A stretch of DNA of 58,749 nt from a virus (taxonomy: Duplodnaviria; Caudoviricetes): IMG/VR virus record IMGVR_UViG_3300030737_000018, positions 1-58,749 of that record; one strand, 5' to 3'. This document shows, in pieces, positions 35,734 through 45,544 of this stretch; within the stretch, counting starts at the first letter, position 1, and each line of letters opens with the position of its first letter. The notes under the pieces are model-generated. The model was not told the origin of the DNA. It saw only the letters and a program-made list of their open reading frames with translations, and made no database searches. The position numbers were made by a program, and so were the translations under genes.

Positions 35734-36248
35734 TGGCGTCGATCTACGCGAAGTTGGCTGGCGTGTTGCTGATCCTGGCTTTGTTCGCTGGGACATTCCT
35801 TTGGGGTGACCATCACGGCACGGCCAAAGTGCAAGCGCAGTGGGACGCTGCCAAAGTGGTGCAGCAAGTAGCCGTAGCCAAAGCCGAAGCTGCCAGCGCA
35901 GCCCAAGCGAAGGCACAGCAAGAATCGTTCAACACTCTTGAGGCCAAGTATGAAACAGCTATTCAACCAGCGCCGCTTCTATCTGCCGCTCTGCCTGCTG
36001 CTCTTGCCGCTGGCACTCTCCAGTTGCGCGACCCAACCGTGTGCCCAAGTCGTGGCGACGTCAGCGCCGCTACCGCCGCTTCCCGCGCCGCTGATGCTGC
36101 CGCCACCCAAGCCCTTGCTGACCGCGCCACAAATTCAATCGCGGCTGTTCGTATCGGGGACGCCGCCGATGCCCGCGAGCGCCAGCTCGACGCTCAAATA
36201 GTCGGGCTTCAAGGACTGCTTAAGGCGGAGCGACAGCCCACGCCATAG
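35730..36248 (+). CDS. Rz: i-spanin
   Basis: N-terminal TM, Ala-rich coiled coil, one Cys, C-terminal A..AD....Q..GLQ. Confidence 0.8.
   Translation: MMASIYAKLAGVLLILALFAGTFLWGDHHGTAKVQAQWDAAKVVQQVAVAKAEAASAAQAKAQQESFNTLEAKYETAIQPAPLLSAALPAALAAGTLQLRDPTVCPSRGDVSAATAASRAADAAATQALADRATNSIAAVRIGDAADARERQLDAQIVGLQGLLKAERQPTP
35950..36201 (+). CDS. Rz1: o-spanin lipoprotein fully embedded in Rz (+1 frame)
   Basis: GAGG RBS; MKQLFNQRRFYLPLCLLLLPLALSS-C lipobox; Pro-rich mature domain. Confidence 0.8.
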   Translation: MKQLFNQRRFYLPLCLLLLPLALSSCATQPCAQVVATSAPLPPLPAPLMLPPPKPLLTAPQIQSRLFVSGTPPMPASASSTLK

Positions 36249-36325
36249 GTATAGCTATTCAAAGTCAAGGTTTTAGCGTACGGTTTCGCTCCATCCACCC
36301 GTTACCCCATCAGGAGACCATCGCC

Positions 36326-36643
36326 ATGGTCGCGTTTAACGACAAGAAAAAGAGCACGGTCCCGAGCAACGACAAGGGGTTCGGGCGTGGCAGCAGCATC
36401 AACCAGAACATGCCCGTGTCGCCGAATCAGTTCGGTAATGGCATGACGCCCTACAAGACCAACGTGAAATCCGAAGGTGGATCACCCATGCGCAAGCCCG
36501 AGCAACCCAAGTCCATCAAGACGATGAACAAGACCTTCCCGGCGCAGGTGCCGATGAAGGGCGGTGGCAAGAGCAAGGTGGGCATGCCGCAGTCCAAGAA
36601 CGTGGCGACCATCAAGACCATCAAGGGCAAGAAGCGCGGATGA
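36326..36643 (+). CDS. Lys-rich low-complexity basic protein
   Basis: AGGAG RBS; K/M/P/G-rich; precedes the scaffold genes. Confidence 0.7.
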   Translation: MVAFNDKKKSTVPSNDKGFGRGSSINQNMPVSPNQFGNGMTPYKTNVKSEGGSPMRKPEQPKSIKTMNKTFPAQVPMKGGGKSKVGMPQSKNVATIKTIKGKKRG

Positions 36644-36846
36644 GTCTCAGCGTCGATGCACAGCGCCGCCTCGATAGCCTCTTGGCTGGACATGGCGGCG
36701 CTGTGCTGAGCGACTGGCTCACGGACGAGCTGGAGCAAGTTAAGGGGGCATTATGCGTGGCACCGCTCGAGCGACTACAACGGCTTCAGGGTGAGGCGGC
36801 GGCCTACACCAAGTTGCTGTCCAAACTAACCAAGGGTAGGGAGTAA
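36640..36846 (+). CDS. small head-assembly-associated protein
   Basis: L.RLQGEA..Y..L motif typical of the small gene before podovirus scaffolds. Confidence 0.65.
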   Translation: MSLSVDAQRRLDSLLAGHGGAVLSDWLTDELEQVKGALCVAPLERLQRLQGEAAAYTKLLSKLTKGRE

Positions 36847-36851
36847 ACATC

Positions 36852-37793
36852 ATGGCACTTGCCGCACCATCCAAGCTTCCCGCAGCGCAGCAGAAGCGCC
36901 GCGAAGCGCTCGTCACGCTGCACACGCCGCCGGCCGAAGTGGTCGACCCCGTTGTTACCCCGGCAGAGCCTGTTGCCGATCCTGTAGTGCCTGTTGCCGA
37001 AGCGCCGGTGACGTTGGCTCAGGCGGAAGTGACGGAGCTGCGTGCAGCCGCCGCGGATACCGCGCAGGCGCGCCGTGCGGCGGAGCTGGCTGTGCTGGAA
37101 GCGAACGAAGCGAAAGCCCGCTTGACAGAACTTGAACGTGCGCGTAATGAACAGCCCAGGGTCGTCGCGCCGCCGGATCTGGGGTTCGACGCCACGGCAA
37201 CGGAGTTCACCCCGGCAGAGCGCGAGACCTTCGATGAGCTTTCTGAAGGGTTTGTGGTCAAGGTGGTTCGGCGGGAGCTGGCAGCCGCGTTCCAGAAGTA
37301 CGGATCGCACATCGACACACGGCTCGAAGGTGTGGAGAAAGCGGCAACCACGGCTACCGTAACGCTGCAGCGATCCGCCGAAAAGAATTTCATGGCGAAG
37401 GTACAGGAGAATATTCCCGATGTAGGCAAGCTGGTGGGGCATACAGACTTCAAGAGCTGGATGAAGGAGTTCGTGCCCATGACCAACACGACATTCGACC
37501 AGGCGCTGGCAGAGGCCCATCGAGTGGAGAACCTTCAGGCAGTCATCGACATTTTCGATGTGTTCCGCAAGAAGGTCGGGTTGGTCAAGCCCAGTACGGC
37601 AGGGTACGCAGGCGCAGCCGGTTCCGCTGCTGCCATAGAGCCAGCCGCCGCGGCCGTCGGTAAGCGCTTCACCATGACCGAACGCAAGCAGATGAGCGAG
37701 AAGCTCCGCAAGAAACAGGTTTCGCAACAAGAGTTCGACACGTACAAGGCGGAGTTTGACAAGGCGAACGCAGAAGGCCGCGTCGATCCGTAA
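36852..37793 (+). CDS. capsid scaffolding protein
   Basis: Helical and charged; F..W; C-terminal A..EGRV; directly before the MCP. Confidence 0.75.
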   Translation: MALAAPSKLPAAQQKRREALVTLHTPPAEVVDPVVTPAEPVADPVVPVAEAPVTLAQAEVTELRAAAADTAQARRAAELAVLEANEAKARLTELERARNEQPRVVAPPDLGFDATATEFTPAERETFDELSEGFVVKVVRRELAAAFQKYGSHIDTRLEGVEKAATTATVTLQRSAEKNFMAKVQENIPDVGKLVGHTDFKSWMKEFVPMTNTTFDQALAEAHRVENLQAVIDIFDVFRKKVGLVKPSTAGYAGAAGSAAAIEPAAAAVGKRFTMTERKQMSEKLRKKQVSQQEFDTYKAEFDKANAEGRVDP

Positions 37794-37836
37794 ACCCACA
37801 CACCCCGGTTGGGGTTAGTCCACGAGGAAGAAGTCC

Positions 37837-38772
37837 ATGGCCATCCCAGCCGCCGCAGGTTACCCGCAGTATTCTGGCAATCTCATTACCCCGCTGTTCT
37901 CGATGGACCTGCTGGAGCGGTTCTACGCCAGCACCATCTACAGCGAAATCTCCTCGACCGAGTATACCGGCGAGCTGGAGAAAGGCGGCGATCAGATCAC
38001 CTTCTGGCGTGAGCCGCGCGTGCGGGTTCGTGATGCGATCAAGGGCCAGCCGATCCAGCATGACACGATCGAGTCTGATCCGATCACCATGACGATCGAC
38101 CAGTCTAAGGATTTCTCGATTGCGATGTCGCAGGTGGATGAGTTCCAGATCCAGAACTTCCCGACCTGGAAGGAGCGCTTCCTGCAGTCCGCTGGCCGCG
38201 AGCTGGCCATCGCTATCGACGGCCCGCTGATGACCGAGATGTACACCTCGGTGGACATCCACAACCAAGGTGCGACCGCGGGCAAGAAGTCTGGCAATAT
38301 CAACCTCGGCACCGTCGGTGCCCCGCTTGCCATCACCAGCGCCAATATCACGCAGATTTTTGCACAGGTGCATCAGGTGCTGGACGAGCAGAACGCACCG
38401 ACCGACAACCGCTTCATCACGGTGCCGCCGGCTGGTATCACCGCGTTGCGCAATAGCGACTTGCGTGCAGCGTACTTGACCGGTTTGAGCTGGTCGCCGC
38501 TGACCAATGGTAAGTTGCCAGACGAAGTGATGGGCTTCACCATCATGAAGTCGAACCTGATCCCGCAGGCGACGGATGTGGGCGTCAACCTGCTGGCCTA
38601 CCACGTCGTCGCCGGCGTCAAGAACGCCACAGCTTTCGCTGCGCAGATCGAACAGACCCGCGTGATCGAAGACAAGGACGACTGGGATCGCTACTACCAG
38701 GGCCTGACCGTCTACGGCTTCAAGGTGCTGTACGACGACGCGCTCGTCCACGTCTACTGCACGTTCTCCTGA
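37837..38772 (+). CDS. major capsid protein
   Basis: FY.ST...IS.T.Y.GE....GD.I; LDEQNAP...RF..VPP; GL.VYG.KV. Confidence 0.88.
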   Translation: MAIPAAAGYPQYSGNLITPLFSMDLLERFYASTIYSEISSTEYTGELEKGGDQITFWREPRVRVRDAIKGQPIQHDTIESDPITMTIDQSKDFSIAMSQVDEFQIQNFPTWKERFLQSAGRELAIAIDGPLMTEMYTSVDIHNQGATAGKKSGNINLGTVGAPLAITSANITQIFAQVHQVLDEQNAPTDNRFITVPPAGITALRNSDLRAAYLTGLSWSPLTNGKLPDEVMGFTIMKSNLIPQATDVGVNLLAYHVVAGVKNATAFAAQIEQTRVIEDKDDWDRYYQGLTVYGFKVLYDDALVHVYCTFS

Positions 38773-38812
38773 TCGCGCAGCGTAACCCCCTCCCCAACAG
38801 GATCAAGGCATC

Positions 38813-39856
38813 ATGAGCACTCGTGAACTGTATATCGGTGGTGGCCCCGCCTATAACTACCCTGGCATGGCGATGTTCCCGCGCGCAGCGTTTAGCGCCA
38901 CGGACCCGAACATGCTGGCGCTCACCACGTCGTCCCAGAACGGGGTGACTCGGGTGCTGGACTTCGAGTGGGATGACTCGCTGAAGCAGTACGTGGCGGC
39001 GCAGGCTACGGCCGGCACGCCCATCGCTGCTTCCGACATTCTGGGCATCGCCTTGCTGCCACCGAATGTCCTGTTCCTCGGCATCTACGTCTCGGTCAGC
39101 CGACCGCAGGCCGGTGTGGTTCTCACGCCAAGCACCCGCAATGGCGAACTGACTTTCCCGGCGATCAACTGCGGTGCGATCCAGCTTGGGCAGTTCGCTG
39201 CTCCCGATGCGACCTCGTGGGTGACGGGCGGTCCCGGCGCTGAAGTTGAATCGGTAACCTTGACTGCGGCAGGCTCGGGCTATACCACAGCGCCGACGGT
39301 GGCCTTCTCGGGCGGCGGTGGCACCGGGGCGGCAGCGACGGCCAACCTCGTGGGTGCAGGCTTGTCCGGCATCTCCGTGGCCAACGGCGGCACGCTCTAC
39401 ACGTCCCCGACGGTAGCGATCACTGGTGGTGGCGGTTCGGGTGCGACGGCAACAGCGACGGTATCGAGCGGCGTGATTACTGCCTTTACCGTGACCGCCG
39501 CAGGCACGGGCTATACCTCACCCCCGACGGTTACCGTGTCGGACAGCACCGGTTCCGGAGCGCATGGTGTGGCGGCAGTGACGGCCTCGGCCGTGGCCAG
39601 TGTCACGGTGATCAATCCGGGCTCGGGCTATACCTCGGCGCCGACCGTGGCCTTCTCCGGTGGTGGCGGCACGGCAGCGGCAGGTACGGCGGTTCTTTCG
39701 GCCGCAAGCCAGACGGCGGGTATTTCGGGGGCGACGTTCAACAACGCCCCGGACATCCTGGACTTGACGGTGACGGCGCTGCCGGTGACCAACTTCGGCA
39801 ACTTGCGGGTGACCATCGCTCCCAAGCTGATGAGTTTCCCCGTCGGCCAGCACTGA
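38813..39856 (+). CDS. capsid decoration-like protein with four Gly/Thr/Ser-rich beta repeats
   Basis: Follows the MCP; repeats G.GYT..PTV..SGGGG.GA.A.A. Confidence 0.7.
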   Translation: MSTRELYIGGGPAYNYPGMAMFPRAAFSATDPNMLALTTSSQNGVTRVLDFEWDDSLKQYVAAQATAGTPIAASDILGIALLPPNVLFLGIYVSVSRPQAGVVLTPSTRNGELTFPAINCGAIQLGQFAAPDATSWVTGGPGAEVESVTLTAAGSGYTTAPTVAFSGGGGTGAAATANLVGAGLSGISVANGGTLYTSPTVAITGGGGSGATATATVSSGVITAFTVTAAGTGYTSPPTVTVSDSTGSGAHGVAAVTASAVASVTVINPGSGYTSAPTVAFSGGGGTAAAGTAVLSAASQTAGISGATFNNAPDILDLTVTALPVTNFGNLRVTIAPKLMSFPVGQH

Positions 39857-39888
39857 GCGAGTAAGATCGCGCTGACGCTGTGAACCTT

Positions 39889-39919
39889 AGAGGGGGCGCC
39901 TATCGCCCCCTCTTTTCTT
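39889..39919 (+). terminator. rho-independent terminator after the capsid genes
   Basis: AGAGGGGGCG-CCTAT-CGCCCCCTCT-TTTCTT. Confidence 0.75.
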
Positions 39920-39932
39920 GGGAGAAAGCACC

Positions 39933-40280
39933 ATGGCTTTTGTGAAGGCGGGGCACCGGTACTACTACAACAACACGTCGGGCGCGGTCTATCCGTGGAG
40001 CCCCGATCTGGAGAAGGTCAAAGGGTTGACGCTGTTCCACGCGCCACGCGACGGCGAGTTCGATACCAGCATGACCCTGGCTGGCGAAGCGCCGCAGGAA
40101 GTACCGGCAGCCCCGAAGCGCGCCCCGGTAAAGAAGGCTCCGGCCAAGACCGTAAGGTACATAGGTGCTGAAGCGCCGCCTGTGCCCGGCGAAAGCCATA
40201 CGGTGGAAGTCCCCACGGCCTCGGGCTCGGCGACAATCCCGGCGGTCAATCTCACCTCCAGCGATCTGATTGACGAATGA
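39933..40280 (+). CDS. hypothetical virion-module protein
   Basis: GGAG RBS; ATGA overlap with the adaptor gene. Confidence 0.65.
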   Translation: MAFVKAGHRYYYNNTSGAVYPWSPDLEKVKGLTLFHAPRDGEFDTSMTLAGEAPQEVPAAPKRAPVKKAPAKTVRYIGAEAPPVPGESHTVEVPTASGSATIPAVNLTSSDLIDE

Positions 40281-40990
40281 GAACGGTCCAGAGTGTCATC
40301 TATGCCGCCTCGGTGCAGCTGTCGGATCAACGACCGCGGCAGGAGTACACGCGCTGGACGCAAGCCATGCTGGTGCAGTACCTCAATGACGCGATGGCGG
40401 AGATATCCAGTATCCGGCCGGAAGCGTTCGCCCTGCGTCGGTGGGTGGAGTTGGTGCAGGGGTATATCCAGACGGTGCCCGAAGGCTGCATGCAGTTCGT
40501 CAAGATCGAGCAGAACCCCGATGGCACCATGGCCTATGAAGGCGATGCTGATCTACTGAAGTCGATGGGGACGACACCGCCCAAGCTGGTGCGGCTGCGC
40601 TATGATGCTGACGGCAACGTGATCTTCAACGTGCGGTCCTACTCGATCGACTCCACTGACCCCAAGACCTACTACATCAGCCCGCCGGTGCCGCGCGGTG
40701 TCACAGTCAACGTGCTGGCATCGTTCGTGCACAACCCATGGCATTACTCGGTGCAGAACTTGGCCGAGCCCGTGGACGTCGCGCCGGGCATCTTCAATCT
40801 GGCACAGGATTACATGCTGGGGCGCGCCTACGAGATCGACAGCGAGTCGGCCGAGTCCAAGAGCAACAGTGTCAAGCACTTCCAGCAGTTCTACCAGTTC
40901 TTCGGGCTGAACTACAAACAGACCAGCGCCTACCAGTCGCAGAACTATGGTGGCAATACGGCAGGCGGTAACGCGGCGACCGGCTCATGA
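40277..40990 (+). CDS. head-tail adaptor-like protein (DUF6682-like)
   Basis: QL.D....RWT...L..YLNDA..I...RP.AF; DYML.RAY..DSE. Confidence 0.75.
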   Translation: MRTVQSVIYAASVQLSDQRPRQEYTRWTQAMLVQYLNDAMAEISSIRPEAFALRRWVELVQGYIQTVPEGCMQFVKIEQNPDGTMAYEGDADLLKSMGTTPPKLVRLRYDADGNVIFNVRSYSIDSTDPKTYYISPPVPRGVTVNVLASFVHNPWHYSVQNLAEPVDVAPGIFNLAQDYMLGRAYEIDSESAESKSNSVKHFQQFYQFFGLNYKQTSAYQSQNYGGNTAGGNAATGS

Positions 40991-41646
40991 GCTACGACAC
41001 CGAGTATGACGAACAGGGCAACGCGATCGTCCCATTGGATTCGCTGCTGCCATCGGTACTGATGCGGGTATCGGCCATCCCCTACGAGTTGGCTGTGCAG
41101 ATGCTGCGGGTCAAGTACAACGAGTTCGCGCGCAAGGTGGGTAACGTGCGGATGGTGCTGCGTATCGACGTGCAGAAAGGTGTCAACCGTTATCCGCTGC
41201 CGATCCCACCGGGGCATTTCCTGCATACGGTCAAGGCGATTTCGTTCGGTCGGCATCATGGCGGGTATCGTATGGCGCTGCCGGATTACTGGCGCGGCTG
41301 GAACGGCATGTACCGCGGTCAGCGCTATAGCATCGACGAGTCTAATGCCCTCGTGCTGGACATGGAGCCAAAGCGCGACGAAGAGCAGCCCATCCGCGTG
41401 CATGTACAGCTAGTGCCCGATGCCGACTGCCAAGACATGCCGGCGGATATGGCAGCGATGTATGGTGACGCGATCGCGGCAGGTGTGGCTGGCGAAGCGA
41501 TGAATATCCGAGGCAAGCCGTGGTATGACCCCGGCAACAGCGTGCGCGTCATGAAGTTGTTTTACCAAGCCATCACCGATGCACGCGCCAACGCTGAACG
41601 CGGTAAGCTTGGGGTCGCCTACATGAGGACGCGTCGATGGACTTGA
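40987..41646 (+). CDS. tail adaptor/tubular protein A-like
   Basis: EF.RK; Y.DAIAAG....M.I.GKPW.DP; position in the module. Confidence 0.7.
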   Translation: MSYDTEYDEQGNAIVPLDSLLPSVLMRVSAIPYELAVQMLRVKYNEFARKVGNVRMVLRIDVQKGVNRYPLPIPPGHFLHTVKAISFGRHHGGYRMALPDYWRGWNGMYRGQRYSIDESNALVLDMEPKRDEEQPIRVHVQLVPDADCQDMPADMAAMYGDAIAAGVAGEAMNIRGKPWYDPGNSVRVMKLFYQAITDARANAERGKLGVAYMRTRRWT

Positions 41647-42443
41647 GGATTGGCCAGGTATCGACGGATGCGCCACGACTGAATGTCCAGACCATCCCTC
41701 GGTCGGACGTCGTACTCAGCGAGGTTGAACTGCTGATTCGCCGTGTGGGTGAGCCGGCGGACTACGCGACCTACAGCCCCATCAATATCGTGGGCAACGT
41801 GCTCACGTTCCAGTTCGATACTCTGCTGTTCGATAATCTCTACGGGCGCTATGCCGGCACGTTGTCGTTCAATGGCACGCCCTACGCCTCGCTACAGTTC
41901 CAGTACACTTCGGCGGTGTCGATCAACCCGGCACTTCAGCTGTCGACGATTGGTCCCTACAAGAAAGACCGTGAGTACGCCGATCCGAACTGGAGTGGCA
42001 CGGGTATCGCAGGACCCGGCACATTCATCGGGCTGAAGGATTGTCCCAAGACGTACGCCGGAGCTTCAGGCAAGCTACTCTCGGTGCGATCGCTGGAGAA
42101 TGGGATTGAGTTCGTCGGATTGGTCGCCGGGGATAATATCTCGGTGGTGGCCACCGAGGGCAACATCGTCATCGCGGCGACCGGCCCTGAAGCTAGTGGG
42201 GTAGACTCGGTCGTTGCTGGGTCTAACATATCCGTGAACGACACCGATCCTTCTAATCCGGTCATCAGTGGACCGCCCATTTACCAAGCAACTATGGTGC
42301 CTGCGGCGCCTAGCCAGAACGGGGTATTGATGGTCTACCTAGGCCAACTAGCAGGTAATCCTAGCACTGGCGGTGCTGCTTATTCCTTGAACGGTGGATG
42401 GATCGACTTATTTTCCGGCGGCGCTGTCCCGGTAGGAACTTGA
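41637..42443 (+). CDS. virion structural protein
   Basis: FIGL.D.P.TY.G..GK...V...E.G.EF and VAG.NISV repeats typical of fibre proteins. Confidence 0.65.
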   Translation: MDLRIGQVSTDAPRLNVQTIPRSDVVLSEVELLIRRVGEPADYATYSPINIVGNVLTFQFDTLLFDNLYGRYAGTLSFNGTPYASLQFQYTSAVSINPALQLSTIGPYKKDREYADPNWSGTGIAGPGTFIGLKDCPKTYAGASGKLLSVRSLENGIEFVGLVAGDNISVVATEGNIVIAATGPEASGVDSVVAGSNISVNDTDPSNPVISGPPIYQATMVPAAPSQNGVLMVYLGQLAGNPSTGGAAYSLNGGWIDLFSGGAVPVGT

Positions 42444-42445
42444 CG

Positions 42446-42952
42446 ATGACCATGATAGCAACTCCCGGTGTGGTCGGCGTGCTGCAGTCGGGCGCACCCG
42501 GCTCAGCCTTGGTCATGACAGTGGACGGTGCCTATGCGACTTACCTGACCGGCTTGCTCGTCGGCGGAGCGTGGACCTACGCAAAGTCCCGTGTAGGCAA
42601 CGCGGTGGAAAATATCAAGATCACGGGTATTACTGCACAAGTCATCACGGTAGATCGCGCACAAGATAATACTTCGCCACTATCTCTCGCCACCGGCGCG
42701 GAGCTAGAGTTTGTCATGGGAGCCAGTGCCGTAGCGGACCTGATTGCTGCCGCTTCCATGGCGCCGGCCATTACTATTTCAGGTGCGGGGGCGGCGGTCG
42801 TGACAGAGCCCACGACGAACAATTACGTCGTGACGGTAGCGGCAACGGAACTCACCAGTACCGGCGGCTCTCTTGTCGTCACCTCGACAGGCGAGAATCT
42901 CTTCAACGCAGAAGTCAACACCAGCACCATCGGCTGCTGCGCCAGCAGCTAA
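42446..42952 (+). CDS. virion structural protein
   Basis: E.IKIT......TV.RAQD.T domain; ends IGCCASS. Confidence 0.65.
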   Translation: MTMIATPGVVGVLQSGAPGSALVMTVDGAYATYLTGLLVGGAWTYAKSRVGNAVENIKITGITAQVITVDRAQDNTSPLSLATGAELEFVMGASAVADLIAAASMAPAITISGAGAAVVTEPTTNNYVVTVAATELTSTGGSLVVTSTGENLFNAEVNTSTIGCCASS

Positions 42953-42965
42953 TCAGGAGCACGAC

Positions 42966-44354
42966 GTGGCCTATAAGAACGCGCATGGGGTATCCGGGTA
43001 TCTCACCCAGCCTCTGCCTGCGTCGCTCACGGCGACGACGATGCAGCTCGATGCCTCAAGCGCGGCACAGCTGAAGAACTTGTTGGGCTCGCCTGACTGG
43101 ACCTTCATGCTGATCGGCACGGGCGCGACCTGTGAAGTGGTGCAGGTATTCTACAGCGCCTCGACCAACTTCCCCATCACGCGCCAGCAGGATGGCAGCC
43201 TGCTCAACGCCCACGTTCGCGGCGATCCGGCTCATTTCGAGCTGACAGCGTTAGCTGTCGCGGCGGAAGTGACCCCGGTGCCCATGACGGTCACGGGTGA
43301 GAATCTGGCCGTCGTATCGACGAGTGGCCTGGATGTCAGTATTAATGTGGCGGAACCTGCTTTCACAGGTAGCGGCTTGGCCATCACAGGCAGCTGGCCA
43401 AGCCTCACGTTCACCGTGACCGAAGACGATACCAGCTGCTGCGGGGGATCGAGCGGCGGCGGAAGTGGCGGCATCACCAGCATATACGGCTCGGGCCTGG
43501 CTGAAGCGGCGCAGAGCGGAGCCATCGTCACTATCACCGTACCGGAGCCGGCCTTCACTGGCTCGGGCATCACTATCTCGGGAAGCTGGCCGAATCTTGT
43601 ATTCACAGCAGGCGGAGGCGCAGCCGGCACGGTGACATCGGTTACGGGCGGCACAGGTATTACCGTCACGGGCACGCCGTCCATTGCCCCGGTGGTCAAC
43701 CTCAGTGCGACAGGTGTCACCGCAGGAGCCTATGGCGGCCTCACGGTCAACGCGCAAGGGCAGCTGACAGCCGTAGACCCTGCGTTCAACCCGCCCAGCA
43801 GTATCGTCAGTGGCAGCGCCGCGATTACTTCAGCGCGCGTAGGCAATGTCCAAACGCTGACGGCGACGTCAGCGGCAGAAGGTACGGTGGGTGTGGTAGC
43901 CCTCGCCGACGCCAGCGACCCGCTTGATCCTTCGGATCACTCTACCGCGGTGAATCCAGCCTTGTTGGCCGCCGTGATCGACTCACTGGCCGCGACCTCC
44001 GTGTCGGGTGTATCGACGTATACTGCAGTCTCGACCGGGCTCTACACCAATATCATTTCCGGCGCCGTGCTGGCTGTGAATATCCCCTCGGGCGAGTCGC
44101 TGTTGGTGCACGCTCATGCCACGATGGTCAACACGTCGACGCCGCTCACGCCGGTGGCCTTTGGGATGGCTATCTTCAATACGGCTGGCTCGGGCACGAT
44201 CATCCAAGGCGACCAGTCGATGACCCAGTCGCAGCAGTCCATGAGCATCATCATCAACGGCCCGCTGGTGACCAGCCTGGCTCTTCTGACGACGGCGGTG
44301 CCGAGCGGGTCGGCGGTGCTTAGCTACGGTCTGGTGGCCCTGGCGCCGGGATGA
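42966..44354 (+). CDS. tail fibre-like protein
   Basis: GTG start with AGGAG RBS; GTVTSV.GGTGI and TGVTAGAYG..TVNAQG.LT fibre motifs; internal repeat EPAFTGSG..I.GSWP.L.FT x2. Confidence 0.7.
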   Translation: MAYKNAHGVSGYLTQPLPASLTATTMQLDASSAAQLKNLLGSPDWTFMLIGTGATCEVVQVFYSASTNFPITRQQDGSLLNAHVRGDPAHFELTALAVAAEVTPVPMTVTGENLAVVSTSGLDVSINVAEPAFTGSGLAITGSWPSLTFTVTEDDTSCCGGSSGGGSGGITSIYGSGLAEAAQSGAIVTITVPEPAFTGSGITISGSWPNLVFTAGGGAAGTVTSVTGGTGITVTGTPSIAPVVNLSATGVTAGAYGGLTVNAQGQLTAVDPAFNPPSSIVSGSAAITSARVGNVQTLTATSAAEGTVGVVALADASDPLDPSDHSTAVNPALLAAVIDSLAATSVSGVSTYTAVSTGLYTNIISGAVLAVNIPSGESLLVHAHATMVNTSTPLTPVAFGMAIFNTAGSGTIIQGDQSMTQSQQSMSIIINGPLVTSLALLTTAVPSGSAVLSYGLVALAPG

Positions 44355-45544
44355 GCAGTATCGTTATCAAGCGTTTCGCTGGGATGCGTCCGCTGGAGGA
44401 CGCTCGCCTGCTGGACAACAGCGAGGCGCAGATCGCGCACAACTGCCTCCTTACTGACGGGTCGCTGCGCCCGATGCCCCGGTGGGCGCAGATGGGGGCG
44501 CAGACGCCTGCCATTACCGTGGGGCGGGCCAATACTCCCTACACACCGGTGCCGGGGATCTGCGGCATGGTGTTCAACGGCCCCCCCTTCGGGCTGCAGA
44601 CCATCTACCTGGATGGCTCGGGCAACGTCAACCCCGACGCGAACAGTAGCGCCAGTGGCAGTATCAGCATCGCCCCCGGATACCTCTCGCAGAAGGCCGT
44701 GAACCGCGTCTATGGGGTGACCTCGGTGCGCGTGTTGGGCGATGTAGCCTACGAGTCGGCGCTGACCATTCTCTACGGATCGAACCCGGACGGCCTGATG
44801 TACGAGGGGGATATCGCCACCATATCGGTGGCCTGCACGGGAGACTATGCACGGGTCTACCGTAGCACCTCGGACGTGACGACAGGTGCTGGTACTAACG
44901 GCGCGGTCACGGCGAACTGGCAACTGGTCGTGGACCAGCTTCCGACAGGCGAAACGTTCATTGACGGCGGTTCGGCGGTATCCAACCCGTTTGATACCTA
45001 CCTCTATCGTGGCCCTCTCACCCCGCCGTTCAGTGCGATGGCGATGGGGCTGCTGGAGAGCGGCTTTGTCTGGCTCATCTCGACGGACGGCCAGATCGCC
45101 TTGTCGGATCGTTTTACGTGGGGTATCTGGCCGGTGGAGAATCGTTACAGTCTGGCGAATGCTCCGGCGCAAACCGGGCTGCTGGTGACGGGCGCCGTGT
45201 CTGTGGGCGATCGGCTTTATGTGGGAACCCAGCTGGGGGCGTATGCAGGTGAGGCACACGTCACGGATGCCGGAGCCGTGGTGCTGCAGATGCTGCCTAT
45301 CCCCGGCTCCTATGCCTGCCTCCCCAACACGATGGTGGCGACGCCCGATGGGGCGCTCTATACCTGTGCCCAAGGTGTGGTTGCGCTATCGGGTAATCAG
45401 GCGCAGATGCTGTCTCGCGATATCGCGCGGGGTGTGGCCGGTACGCTACCTGCGGGTGCCGGCGACGTAAACTTCAGCCAGGTCGACCAGGCCTTCTACC
45501 ACAATGGCCGGTACTATGCGTTCGGTGGGGGTAACCAGACATGA
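44351..45544 (+). CDS. tail nozzle/tubular protein B-like, N-terminal part
   Basis: I..F.G.RP....RLL....AQ.A.NC.L..G.L.P start; YG.T.V...ES; R.YRS; WP...RY; Y....G.V.L. Confidence 0.75.
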   Translation: MSSIVIKRFAGMRPLEDARLLDNSEAQIAHNCLLTDGSLRPMPRWAQMGAQTPAITVGRANTPYTPVPGICGMVFNGPPFGLQTIYLDGSGNVNPDANSSASGSISIAPGYLSQKAVNRVYGVTSVRVLGDVAYESALTILYGSNPDGLMYEGDIATISVACTGDYARVYRSTSDVTTGAGTNGAVTANWQLVVDQLPTGETFIDGGSAVSNPFDTYLYRGPLTPPFSAMAMGLLESGFVWLISTDGQIALSDRFTWGIWPVENRYSLANAPAQTGLLVTGAVSVGDRLYVGTQLGAYAGEAHVTDAGAVVLQMLPIPGSYACLPNTMVATPDGALYTCAQGVVALSGNQAQMLSRDIARGVAGTLPAGAGDVNFSQVDQAFYHNGRYYAFGGGNQT

